From Candidatus Poriferisocius sp. (GTDB lineage Bacteria > Actinomycetota > Acidimicrobiia > Acidimicrobiales > Bin134), in contig NZ_OZ241836.1 in the NCBI RefSeq assembly GCF_965202595.1, positions 215,095 to 279,094 on the forward strand: a stretch of DNA of 64,000 nucleotides. The letters are read 5' to 3'. A model generated the notes under the pieces. The model had not been told where the DNA came from, ran no database searches, and saw only the letters and a list, made by a program, of their open reading frames with translations. Position numbers and translations under genes: made by a program. Below are positions 9,611 through 17,558 of this stretch, piece after piece. Positions within the stretch are counted from its first letter, which is position 1; the number at the start of each line of letters is the position of its first letter.

Positions 9611-9754
9611 GCCACCGCCGGCGCGCTTTGTACCAAGTTCGCTACCAGGCTCGCCCCGGTATCAAAATCCAGTGGTTGCCGGTTTGATAAGGTGAGCCTG
9701 ATCACAGTCGTTTTATTGACTGCTCCCCCATGGGGTAGCGGCTGAGGAGGGGCC

Positions 9755-11038
9755 TTGCCTGGAATCGACCTTGAAACCCAATTTGTTTTCAACACCTTCG
9801 CGTTCTTGATCTGGGGAGCACTGGTCATGTGGATGTGCGCGGGCTTCACGATGCTGGAGTCCGGGGCAGTGCGCACCAAGAACGCCTCCATGATCTGCCT
9901 GAAGAACATAGGCGTATATTCCATTGCCGGATTGGCCTACTTCTTCATCGGCTACAACCTCATGTACGTGGATGTCGGCGACCTGATCGGCTCGTTGGAG
10001 TTTCTCTACAAGTCCAGCTCCGATGAGATCGCATTGCTGGGTGGCTCGGAGAGTGCAGTGGCCGATGTGGTGGATACGGGATATTCCAAGATGTCGTACT
10101 GGTTCTTCCAGATGGTTTTTGTAGCCACCACCGCCTCCATCGTCTCGGGTGCCATCGCGGAGCGGATCAAGTTGTGGTCGTTCTTCTTGTTCACCTTGAT
10201 CCTGACCGCGTTCATCTACCCGATTGTGGGTTCGTGGACCTGGGGCGGAGGATGGCTTGCTGAGGAGGGCTTCTATGACTTCGCCGGCTCATCCATAGTT
10301 CACGGCACCGGTGGTTGGGCCGCCCTGGCCGGCGTGATCGTGGTGGGGCCGCGGCTCGGCAAATTCAAGCGCGACGGCAGCGTGAAGGCCACCCCCCCCT
10401 CCAACGTTTTGGTGGTAACCCTGGGGGTGTTCATCCTGTGGTTCGGGTGGTTCGGCTTCAACGGTGGCTCCCAGCTTGCCCTGGGGAGCGCGTCCGACGC
10501 GGTGGCCATCAGCAACATACTGGTCAACACCAACCTGGCCGCGGCTGCGGGGGTTATCGCCGCCCTCTCCCTCTCGCGGCGCCTGCTTGGTCGCACCGAC
10601 CTGTTTGCCGGTCTGAACGGGGCAATCGCCGGGCTGGTGGCGATCACTGCGAGCCCGGAAATGGTCAACCACTGGTGGGCCGTTGTCATCGGCGCGGTTG
10701 GTGGGTTGCTGTGCACCATGGGCATCAAGCTCTTGGAGAAGCTCAAGCTGGACGATGTGGTTGGCGCGGTTCCTGCCCACCTCATCTCCGGCATCTGGGG
10801 CACCTTGGCGGTTACCATCAATGGCGACATCGGGGCCCGGTTCCACATACAGCTTCTGGGCATCGTTTCCATTGGGGCGTTCGTGTTCGTGGTTTCGTTC
10901 TTGGTGTGGAAGGTCTTGGATGTCCTGCTCGGGCTGCGGGTGTCACCCGAAGTCGAGCGCATGGGCCAAGATGTCGGGGAGCTCGGCCTCGAGGCCTACC
11001 CCGAGTTCGTGCTCATGCCCGAACCGTTCGACGAGTAG
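9755..11038 (+). CDS. amt: Ammonium transporter
   Basis: 427-aa polytopic ORF with Amt/MEP signatures (FTMLESGAVRTKN, DFAGSSIVHGTGGWAAL, VPAHLISGIWGTL). TTG start, preceded by GAGGAGGGG. Confidence 0.9.
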   Translation: MPGIDLETQFVFNTFAFLIWGALVMWMCAGFTMLESGAVRTKNASMICLKNIGVYSIAGLAYFFIGYNLMYVDVGDLIGSLEFLYKSSSDEIALLGGSESAVADVVDTGYSKMSYWFFQMVFVATTASIVSGAIAERIKLWSFFLFTLILTAFIYPIVGSWTWGGGWLAEEGFYDFAGSSIVHGTGGWAALAGVIVVGPRLGKFKRDGSVKATPPSNVLVVTLGVFILWFGWFGFNGGSQLALGSASDAVAISNILVNTNLAAAAGVIAALSLSRRLLGRTDLFAGLNGAIAGLVAITASPEMVNHWWAVVIGAVGGLLCTMGIKLLEKLKLDDVVGAVPAHLISGIWGTLAVTINGDIGARFHIQLLGIVSIGAFVFVVSFLVWKVLDVLLGLRVSPEVERMGQDVGELGLEAYPEFVLMPEPFDE

Positions 11039-11040
11039 CC

Positions 11041-11097
11041 CCTGGGTGGAAGACCGAAGCCTGGGTGGAAGGCTGAATCCTGGGTGGAAAACCGAAG
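11041..11097. repeat. 19-bp tandem repeat x3 in a convergent intergenic region
   Basis: cctgggtggaagaccgaag / cctgggtggaaggctgaat / cctgggtggaaaaccgaag. Confidence 0.85.
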
Positions 11098-11120
11098 CTA
11101 CCGGCCGGTAGGGCCGAGGC

Positions 11121-11873
11121 TCAGGTGCAGGGCTCAACCGGAGCCACGGTGGGGAGCCGGCCGGCTCTCATGGAGGTAACCGTGGTGCCGTTGGTTTCGA
11201 AGATTACCCGGTACTCGGCATCGGCCTCGTCAACGGGAACGTACTGGATCGAGTTGCCGTTGCCGTCAGGGTAAGGAGTTTTCAGCAGTCGAGCCCCGAA
11301 CAGCTCATCCAGTTCGGCCTCGGTTTTGCCCACTCCGGCTCCCGATCGGGTGGTGATGGTGGCGTTGGTTATGTCCACTCGCTCGATGGTGTTGTTGTGC
11401 ACCGTGAACACCACGCCCGAAGGTCCGTTGGCGGGGGCGACCAGGTAACAGGCACCCTCCTGGTCCCCCGTCCATTGGGTGGAGACGGCCTCGGCCGCGC
11501 TCTGCGGGGTCATGCCGAAGTAGAGCCCGCCGAGGCCCACGGTGCTGAGCTTTGACGAGCTACCGAAGGCCGGCTGGCTCAGGTCGATGGGCTCAGGCCG
11601 CTCCAACGGTTCTGGCGTTGCCTCGGGAATCGGTGTGGGCTCCTCGACCGGGGTGGGGGTGGGTTCCTCAATTGGGGCGGGGGTGGGTTCCTGCTCGTCG
11701 GGATCCTCGCCGGCCGGAGTTTGATCCACCGGTTCGGGGGTGGTCGCCGGTTCGGGTGCCTCCTCGGTACTGGTAGCGGTAGGGGTGGGCTCCTCCGCCG
11801 AGTCGTTGCCATCGCTGCCGCAGGCCATAAGCACGATAACCAGAAAAGCGAACAAAGCAATCGAACGACGCAT
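11121..11873 (-). CDS. Secreted lipoprotein with a Pro/Glu/Thr-rich linker
   Basis: Signal peptide with lipobox (FLVIVLMACGS), a PEPT-rich low-complexity region, then a globular C-terminal domain. Confidence 0.6.
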   Translation of the reverse strand: MRRSIALFAFLVIVLMACGSDGNDSAEEPTPTATSTEEAPEPATTPEPVDQTPAGEDPDEQEPTPAPIEEPTPTPVEEPTPIPEATPEPLERPEPIDLSQPAFGSSSKLSTVGLGGLYFGMTPQSAAEAVSTQWTGDQEGACYLVAPANGPSGVVFTVHNNTIERVDITNATITTRSGAGVGKTEAELDELFGARLLKTPYPDGNGNSIQYVPVDEADAEYRVIFETNGTTVTSMRAGRLPTVAPVEPCT

Positions 11874-11908
11874 AACTTCATCGTAGTAGCTGGAGTGACA
11901 TGTACGTG

Positions 11909-12002
11909 AGTAGGCCGCTTGGGACTCGAACAGGATGCCTTAGCGGTAGGCCGCTTGGGACTCGAGTGGAGCGCTTGAGAAGTAGGCCGCCTGGGACTCG
12001 AA
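11909..12002 (-). repeat. 36-bp tandem repeat: the 3' 22 nt of tRNA-Lys is present three times
   Basis: agtaggccgcttgggactcgaa at 11909, ggtaggccgcttgggactcgag at 11945, agtaggccgcctgggactcgaa at 11981. The last copy is the genuine T-arm/acceptor 3' half. Confidence 0.85.
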
Positions 12003-12055
12003 CCCAGCACCTTGAGATTAAAAGTCTCCTGCTCTACCTGATGAGCTAGCGGCCC
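11983..12055 (-). tRNA. tRNA-Lys (anticodon UUU)
   Basis: Manual cloverleaf on the minus strand: gggccgc ta gctc atcaggta gagc a ggaga cTTTTaa tctca aggtg ctggg ttcgagt cccag gcggcct a. It has GTTCGAGT in the T-loop, one mismatch at the base of the anticodon stem, and no encoded CCA. Confidence 0.85.
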
Positions 12056-12276
12056 ATCGTTACTGTATCGCCCCAGTGCGGTGATGGAATCGGTAATATG
12101 ACCGGGGTGGAAACCTGGGAGTCACTTTTGGGTGAGGTGGAGGGCGAAATTGTCGATGTGGAGGCGGTGCTTGCCGACCTGGACGACCTGGATGCCCTGC
12201 ACAACCGGGTTCGGGCCGCGGAGGACGATGGGAGCATCGACCACCGCCCCGTTCTGAAGAACTGCGCCGCCCGGCT

Positions 12277-12882
12277 TCACAGCAGGTCCGACACCGGAAC
12301 CTGAACATCCACGCCGTCGAGGGGGTGCACCCGTTCGCCGGCCACCAGCGAACCGGGGTGAGCCGTCACCCACCGGCCGCTCATGTTCGGAACCCGCCCG
12401 TTGGCGCAACCCAGGTGGGCTTCCAGGCAGTGGATAACCCCACCGTGGGTGACCACGATTGCCGACCGGGGGCCGATCACGGTGGCCAGCCGCCCGAGGC
12501 CGGCCATGATCCGAGCTGACAGGGCTTCGTCATCCTCCCAGCCCGGCGGTCGCCGACCGGTTTCCAGGTATCCGGGGTAGCGCTCTTCTATCTGGTTCCG
12601 GGTCAGCCCGGAGAACTCCCGGACATCTCGTTCGATCAATTCGGGGACCAGGATTGGCGGATCGCAGCCCCACGCCTGGGCGATGATCGCCGCGCTGGCG
12701 CGGGCCCGTTGCAGGGTGGATGTTGCCACCATGCCGGTCGGTTCGAGACGGGCGGCCGCCTCGGTTGCCTGCTGCCGGCCGAGGTCCGACAGCGGGGGAT
12801 CGGCTTGACCCTGCCAGCGCCGCATGGCGTTCCAGGTTGACTGCCCGTGCCGGAGCAAAAGAAGGCGAGCCACGCTATCCAC
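12277..12882 (-). CDS. Histidine phosphatase family protein (phosphoglycerate mutase-like)
   Basis: LLLLRHGQSTWN (RHG catalytic motif) and VVTHGGVI. Confidence 0.8.
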   Translation of the reverse strand: MDSVARLLLLRHGQSTWNAMRRWQGQADPPLSDLGRQQATEAAARLEPTGMVATSTLQRARASAAIIAQAWGCDPPILVPELIERDVREFSGLTRNQIEERYPGYLETGRRPPGWEDDEALSARIMAGLGRLATVIGPRSAIVVTHGGVIHCLEAHLGCANGRVPNMSGRWVTAHPGSLVAGERVHPLDGVDVQVPVSDLL

Positions 12883-12910
12883 GGTAGTGCCCGCCGCTCC
12901 GGGGTGACTC

Positions 12911-13010
12911 GACCAGGCCGGGGATTGGATTGCTCCGGGGCCACTTGACCAGGCCAGGGGATTCGACCCGGTTGGGTGTTATGCCCAGGCCGGGGGATTC
13001 GACCCGGTGG
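12911..13010. repeat. 36-bp imperfect tandem repeat x3 in a divergent intergenic region
   Basis: gaccaggccggggattgga (12911), gaccaggccaggggattcgacccgg (12947), gcccaggccgggggattcgacccgg (12983). Confidence 0.75.
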
Positions 13011-13044
13011 GGTCCCGGTGGGGTATTGCCGTAAACTTGGGCTC

Positions 13045-13281
13045 ATGGCCACGTTGCGGCTGTTTGCTCAGATCAGGGAAGCGGTGGGTACTGGGCGTGA
13101 CGAGGTTCCGGGGGCCACCGTCAACCAGGTGCTGGCCGCGGCGGTTGATCGCTACGGCCCGGCGTTTGCCGAGCAGCTTCAGATTTGCCGGGTATGGCTG
13201 AACGGCCAACCCGTCACCGGCTCCGAGCCAGTGAGCGATGGCGATGAGGTGGCTGTGCTGCCCCCTGTCTCGGGTGGGTAA
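13045..13281 (+). CDS. MoaD/ThiS-family sulfur-carrier protein
   Basis: MATLRLFAQIRE...GDEVAVLPPVSGG*: ubiquitin-like beta-grasp pattern with a C-terminal GG. The start is taken at the internal ATG of track ORF 12976..13281. Confidence 0.7.
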   Translation: MATLRLFAQIREAVGTGRDEVPGATVNQVLAAAVDRYGPAFAEQLQICRVWLNGQPVTGSEPVSDGDEVAVLPPVSGG

Positions 13282-13290
13282 CCTGATCCC

Positions 13291-14505
13291 ATGACCCGGC
13301 GGGTGGCGATCTTGTCCCTGCATACCTCCCCCCTGTCCCAACCCGGTGAGGGTGACAGCGGGGGCATGAACGTGTATGTCCGGGAGATGGCGGCGGCGCT
13401 GGCCCACTCCGGCAACGAGTGCCGGGTGTATGTGCGCCGCGGGCGCGGCGGCCAGGCCGATGAGGTGCCCATCGAGCCGGGGGTGACCGTGGTTCATGTG
13501 GACGCCGGGTCCCCCGATCTGGGCAAGGAGGAGCTTCACGAGGTGGTGGACCGGTTCGCCGATGGCGTGCTGGCCGATTTGCAGCGGCAGGGAGATCCCG
13601 ATGTGATCCATGCCAATTACTGGCTGTCCGGTGTGGCCGGTCACCGGATCAAGCACGCGCTGGAGGTACCTCTGGCCGTGACGTTCCACACGCTGGCCCG
13701 GGTGAAATCGGCTACCGGCGACGCTGAGTCCGAGCGCCGGGCCCGGGCCGAGACCGAGGTGATCGGTTGCGCCGATGTGGTTATAGCCTCCTGCGAGCCG
13801 GAGGCTCAGCAACTGCGGAGTTTCTACGACGCCCCGCCCGAGCGGATCGAACTGGCCGCCCCCGGAGTTGAGCATGCCCTGTTCTCGCCCGGTGATCGGG
13901 AGGGTGCTCGTAGAGCCCTCGGCCTGGGTAGCGGCCCGGTGCTGCTGTTCGTCGGCCGGATCCAGCCGCTGAAACGACCCCTTGTCGCGGTGGAGACCAT
14001 GGCCTGCCTGGCCCGTGAGGATGCTCGGCTGCTCATTGTGGGAGGCCCCAGCGGCCCGGAGGGCAACAACGAGTACCAGCGTCTGCGGGGCCGCATCCAG
14101 GCCCTGGGTTTGGAGGATCGGGTGACGTTGGTGCCCCCCTGCCCCCACCACTGGCTGTCCACTTACTACCGGGCCGCAGATGTAGTGCTGGTTCCCAGCC
14201 GGAGCGAGTCGTTCGGGTTGGTGGCTCTGGAGGCCGCGGCCTGCGGAACCCCGGTGGTGGCTGCCCCCGTCGGCGGCCTGCGCGCGGTGGTTGACGACGG
14301 TCGCACCGGTTTTCTCGTGGACGAGGCTGTGCCCGAAAACTTCGCCAACCGGGTGGCCGCGCTGGTGGACAACCCGCTGCTGGCGGCGGAGATGGCCATG
14401 AACGCGGCCGAGCGAGCCCGATCCTTCTCCTGGGCCGCCATGGCTCGGTCGTTGGGGGCCGTCTACCGAAGGGTCGAGTCCCGAGTACCCGTCTATTGCC
14501 AGTGA
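13291..14505 (+). CDS. mshA: D-inositol-3-phosphate glycosyltransferase (mycothiol biosynthesis), GT4
   Basis: The N-terminal VAILSLHTSPLSQPGEGDSGGMNVYV is the characteristic MshA signature. GT4 C-terminal motif: PSRSESFGLVALEAAACGTPVV. Confidence 0.8.
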   Translation: MTRRVAILSLHTSPLSQPGEGDSGGMNVYVREMAAALAHSGNECRVYVRRGRGGQADEVPIEPGVTVVHVDAGSPDLGKEELHEVVDRFADGVLADLQRQGDPDVIHANYWLSGVAGHRIKHALEVPLAVTFHTLARVKSATGDAESERRARAETEVIGCADVVIASCEPEAQQLRSFYDAPPERIELAAPGVEHALFSPGDREGARRALGLGSGPVLLFVGRIQPLKRPLVAVETMACLAREDARLLIVGGPSGPEGNNEYQRLRGRIQALGLEDRVTLVPPCPHHWLSTYYRAADVVLVPSRSESFGLVALEAAACGTPVVAAPVGGLRAVVDDGRTGFLVDEAVPENFANRVAALVDNPLLAAEMAMNAAERARSFSWAAMARSLGAVYRRVESRVPVYCQ

Positions 14506-14515
14506 TTTATTGCCA

Positions 14516-14648
14516 ATGACGCGGCCTGGTGGTGTTGATCTGTGGGGTTGTCGATGACGCGGCCTGGTGGTGTTGATGTGTGGGGTTGTCGATGACGCGG
14601 CCTGGTGGTGTTGATGTGTGGGGTTGTCGATGACGCGGCCTGGTGGTG
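14516..14648 (+). repeat. 38-bp tandem repeat (3 full units plus a partial one) encoding three ATGA-chained 13-codon mini-ORFs that lead into the next gene
   Basis: Mini-ORFs at 14516-14557, 14554-14595 and 14592-14633 (MTRPGGVD[L/V]WGCR*). Each stop overlaps the next ATG. The last ATG, at 14630, starts the downstream gene (MTRPGGDTGG...). Confidence 0.9.
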
Positions 14649-15118
14649 ATACCGGCGGCAATTTGGCGCTGACGGTTGAGGAGTTGGCTGCGCTGGGGTC
14701 GGCCATCGACGCGTGGCTGGACGATCAGCTCCGAACCAATCCGACCGTGTTGACGGTGGACCGGGGGGAACCCGGCCGGCACCGCTGGTACGTGCGGATG
14801 GTGGGGGAGGAGAAGGCGGTGTCAACCGTGTGGTTCACTCTCGGCCAACGCCAGTTGCACTGCGAGTGCTACTTCATGCCCGCCCCCGAGGAGAACGAGG
14901 GCCAACTGTACGAGTACCTGCTGCGCCGCAATCGTGATCTGGCCGGGTTGCGGTTCGCCATCGGTGTCGAGGATGCCGTGTTCCTGGTTACCGAGTTGCC
15001 GGTCCACGCGGTGACCGAGGCCGAGATGGATCGCATTCTGGGTTCGTTCTACGCCTACGTGGAGAGGTGGTTCCGTCCCTGCATGCGCATCGGCTACGAG
15101 TCACGGTTCAACCCTTAA
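14630..15118 (+). CDS. YbjN-like conserved hypothetical protein (the gene usually found next to mshA in actinobacteria)
   Basis: Track ORF 14618..15118; ATG 14630 is preferred. The family call rests on my recollection of the mshA neighbourhood and on sequence style only. Confidence 0.5.
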   Translation: MTRPGGDTGGNLALTVEELAALGSAIDAWLDDQLRTNPTVLTVDRGEPGRHRWYVRMVGEEKAVSTVWFTLGQRQLHCECYFMPAPEENEGQLYEYLLRRNRDLAGLRFAIGVEDAVFLVTELPVHAVTEAEMDRILGSFYAYVERWFRPCMRIGYESRFNP

Positions 15119-15127
15119 CATCTTTAG

Positions 15128-15156
15128 TTGATTTTCATGTATTTTCAGTATACAAT
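15128..15156 (+). promoter_or_regulatory. Candidate sigma-70-type promoter inside a ~55-bp AT-rich patch upstream of proC
   Basis: TTGATT (15128-15133), 17 nt spacer, TACAAT (15151-15156). The patch stands out in otherwise GC-rich DNA. Confidence 0.4.
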
Positions 15157-15234
15157 GATTATTCCTGGCCGGTGGGGGGATCGGGGAAGTCCTCCTGCCG
15201 GCCACTGTTACGGCTTGGGGATTTTTAAGTCCTG

Positions 15235-16104
15235 GTGATGAGGCCGCCCGCCTGCTATAGCAGTGAGGTGGCACTTCGGCTGCAATTGATTGGTGGCGGC
15301 CGCATGGGTGAGGCTCTGCTCGGTGGCTTGCTGGCCGGCGGGTGGGCACAGCCCGGCGAGCTGGCGGTGGTGGAACCGATCCCGGCCCGGCGAGCGGAGT
15401 TGGCGGGGCGGTTCCCTGGCCTGACCGTGGCCGAGCAGCCGATTGATGGGGTTGAGGATGTGGTTTTGGCGGTCAAACCGGATGATGCCGCCGGCGCGGC
15501 CACCCGTCTCCGGGAGGCCGGTGTCACCAGGGTGCTCAGCATCGTGGCCGGGGTCACAACTGCGGCTCTGGAGGCGGTTTGGGATGGCGGGGTCACCACT
15601 GCGGCTCTGGTGGGGGTTTGGGATGGCGAAGTCAGGGTTGTTCGAGCCATGCCCAACACACCGGCGCTGATCGGCACCGGGGCGGCGGCAATTGCTCCGG
15701 GGCGAGGGGCCACCGATGAAGACCTGGCGTGGGCCACCACCATCCTTGAGGCGGTGGGCACGGTGGCGGTGTGTGACGAGTCGATGCTGGACGCTGTCAC
15801 CGGGCTCTCGGGTTCGGGGCCGGCTTACGTGTTCTGGTTGGCTGAGACCTTGATGGCCGCGGGGGTGAAGGTCGGCCTTCCCGAGGCCATGGCTGATGCC
15901 CTCACCCGCCAGACCATTCTGGGGGCGGCCAAGCTGCTGGTGGAGTCCGGCGAGGCCCCTGCCGACCTGCGGGCCGCGGTGACCTCTCCGGGCGGCACCA
16001 CCGCTCGGGGAATCGCTGAACTGGAGGATCGCCGGGCCGGAGCGGCTTTCGTGGCCGCGGTGACCGCTGCCACCGAGCGTAGCCGGGAGCTGGGTAAATC
16101 CTGA
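15235..16104 (+). CDS. proC: Pyrroline-5-carboxylate reductase
   Basis: LIGGGRMGEALL Rossmann motif, VRAMPNTPA, and SPGGTTARGI near the C-terminus. GTG 15268 is a more likely start. Contains an in-frame 39-bp duplication at 15550-15627. Confidence 0.9.
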   Translation: MMRPPACYSSEVALRLQLIGGGRMGEALLGGLLAGGWAQPGELAVVEPIPARRAELAGRFPGLTVAEQPIDGVEDVVLAVKPDDAAGAATRLREAGVTRVLSIVAGVTTAALEAVWDGGVTTAALVGVWDGEVRVVRAMPNTPALIGTGAAAIAPGRGATDEDLAWATTILEAVGTVAVCDESMLDAVTGLSGSGPAYVFWLAETLMAAGVKVGLPEAMADALTRQTILGAAKLLVESGEAPADLRAAVTSPGGTTARGIAELEDRRAGAAFVAAVTAATERSRELGKS

Positions 16105-16249
16105 TCCTTGGGGCACTTGTGTCCTTGGGGCATTTGTGGAGGCGGGGGTGGATATTGATATTTGGGGTATTTGAGGGGACTGGGTGGCACCCGGTCGGCC
16201 ACTCGGCATAAGGTGATCGCCCTACCGCGGAGTTGAGGGGTATTTTGGT

Positions 16250-16444
16250 ATGGCAAAGCCTGAAGGACGGGAGCGACTCATGACCGTGGCCGAGGTTGCC
16301 ACTCTCATGAGAGTTTCGACGATGACGGTTTACCGGCTTATCAACGCGGGGGACCTTCCCTCCGTTCGGATTGGCAAGTCGTACCGATTGCGGGAGAGCG
16401 ATGTGGATCACTACCTGGCCAGCCGCTACACCCAGGCTGGTTGA
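16250..16444 (+). CDS. Excisionase/MerR-like helix-turn-helix DNA-binding protein
   Basis: MTVAEVATLMRVSTMTVYRLINAGDLPSVRIGKSYRLRESDVDHYL is the classic excisionase-family HTH. This is a conserved proC neighbour in actinobacteria. Confidence 0.75.
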   Translation: MAKPEGRERLMTVAEVATLMRVSTMTVYRLINAGDLPSVRIGKSYRLRESDVDHYLASRYTQAG

Positions 16445-16501
16445 GGGCGTGGATCGCTACCTGGTCGGCCGGTACTCCTGGGCCGGTTTGTACCGCCTCG
16501 G

Positions 16502-17389
16502 TTGATACCGCCTCGGGGCACTGGCGCAGCCTTGCGCTACGACACCGTCTCGTTCTTGTCCGATTACGGGCTGGGTGATGAATTCGTCGGGGTGGTGAAG
16601 TCGGTCATCCGGTCTCTGGCTCCCGAGGTGGTGGTGGTGGACATCACCCATGACATTGCTCCTCACGATGTCAGGGCCGGGGGCCTGGCCCTGGCTCGCA
16701 GCGCCCAGTACCTGGTACCCGGGGTGGTGCTGGCCGTGGTCGATCCCGGAGTGGGGGGCAAGCGGCGGGCCGTGGCGGTGGAAGTGGGAGGCGGAACCTC
16801 GGTGCTGGTCGGCCCCGACAACGGCCTGCTGGCCCCGGCGGTGGCCATGGTCGGGGGAGCGACCCGAGTGGTGGAGCTGACCGCCGAGAAATACCACCTT
16901 CGCTCTCCCGGCCCTACATTCGCGGGCCGCGACGTGTTCGCTCCGGTGGCCGCCCACCTGTGTTCGGGGGTCGGGCTCGAAGACGTGGGCACGCCGATCC
17001 CTATGCACTCCCTGACTCCGGGAGTCGTGCCGGTGAGCCGTACCGGCGGCGACCGGATCGATGCCGAGGTGCTTTGGATCGATCGATTCGGGAACTTGCA
17101 GCTCAACCTCGACCCCTCCGACATCGACCCTATGGGTGATGTGCTGAGGATCACCGCGGGCGGTGTGGGTCGCAACGCCCGCCGGGTCAACTGCTTCAGC
17201 GATGTGAGCACTGGTGATCTGGGGATACTGGTAGACTCCTACGGGTTGGCGGCCGTTGCGGTCAACCGAGGTTCGGCAGCGATGGAGTTGAACTGCAAGG
17301 AGGGTGACTCCATCATCGTCGAATCGGGGGAGTCCGCTTTGGCCACCCCGGTGCAACTTCAACCCAGACCCCCGGAGGTGCCGGCATGA
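16502..17389 (+). CDS. SAM hydroxide adenosyltransferase / SAM hydrolase family (DUF62)
   Basis: VSFLSDYGLGDEFVGVVKSVI, PGVVLAVVDPGVG, LVGPDNGLL and IDRFGNL match the fluorinase/chlorinase-like family. Confidence 0.75.
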   Translation: MIPPRGTGAALRYDTVSFLSDYGLGDEFVGVVKSVIRSLAPEVVVVDITHDIAPHDVRAGGLALARSAQYLVPGVVLAVVDPGVGGKRRAVAVEVGGGTSVLVGPDNGLLAPAVAMVGGATRVVELTAEKYHLRSPGPTFAGRDVFAPVAAHLCSGVGLEDVGTPIPMHSLTPGVVPVSRTGGDRIDAEVLWIDRFGNLQLNLDPSDIDPMGDVLRITAGGVGRNARRVNCFSDVSTGDLGILVDSYGLAAVAVNRGSAAMELNCKEGDSIIVESGESALATPVQLQPRPPEVPA

Positions 17390-17484
17390 GACCGGGAACC
17401 ACCATCGCTATCGCCGTGCCATGAGACCGGGAACCACCATCGTCATCGCCGTGCCATGAGACCGGGAACCACCATCGTCATCGC
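17386..17484 (+). repeat. 35-bp tandem repeat (2 units plus a partial one) encoding two ATGA-chained 12-codon mini-ORFs
   Basis: Mini-ORFs 17386-17424 (MRPGTTIAIAVP*) and 17421-17459 (MRPGTTIVIAVP*). The first ATG overlaps the upstream gene's stop (ATGA at 17386-17389). The last stop overlaps ATG 17456. Confidence 0.9.
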
Positions 17485-17545
17485 TGTTTTGCTGCTGGCC
17501 ATCCTGGTGGCGGCGGCGGTCCAATTGTTCGTGCTGGCTCGCTGA
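17456..17545 (+). CDS. 29-aa hydrophobic micro-protein
   Basis: MRPGTTIVIAVLLLAILVAAAVQLFVLAR*: a single predicted TM helix. It is the terminal member of the repeat chain and too short for the ORF track. Confidence 0.4.
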   Translation: MRPGTTIVIAVLLLAILVAAAVQLFVLAR

Positions 17546-17558
17546 TCGGTATTACCGG

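Noticed and set aside
11909-12002. tRNA-Lys 3'-end copies as attL/attR of an integrated element.
   Set aside because: The copies are only 36 bp apart, nothing lies between them, and no integrase is nearby. The observation is kept as a finding, but not called a mobile element.
12098-12304. 68-aa plus-strand ORF next to the tRNA (MTGVETWESLLGEVEG...).
   Set aside because: It has GC3 bias compatible with coding, but no recognisable family, and its 3' end overlaps the histidine phosphatase gene. The evidence is too weak to list as a feature.
16106-16139. 17-bp x2 repeat (tccttggggca.ttgtg) just after the proC stop, as another mini-ORF relay.
   Set aside because: It has no start codons or chained stops, and the next gene is about 110 nt away. 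It is probably a simple duplication.
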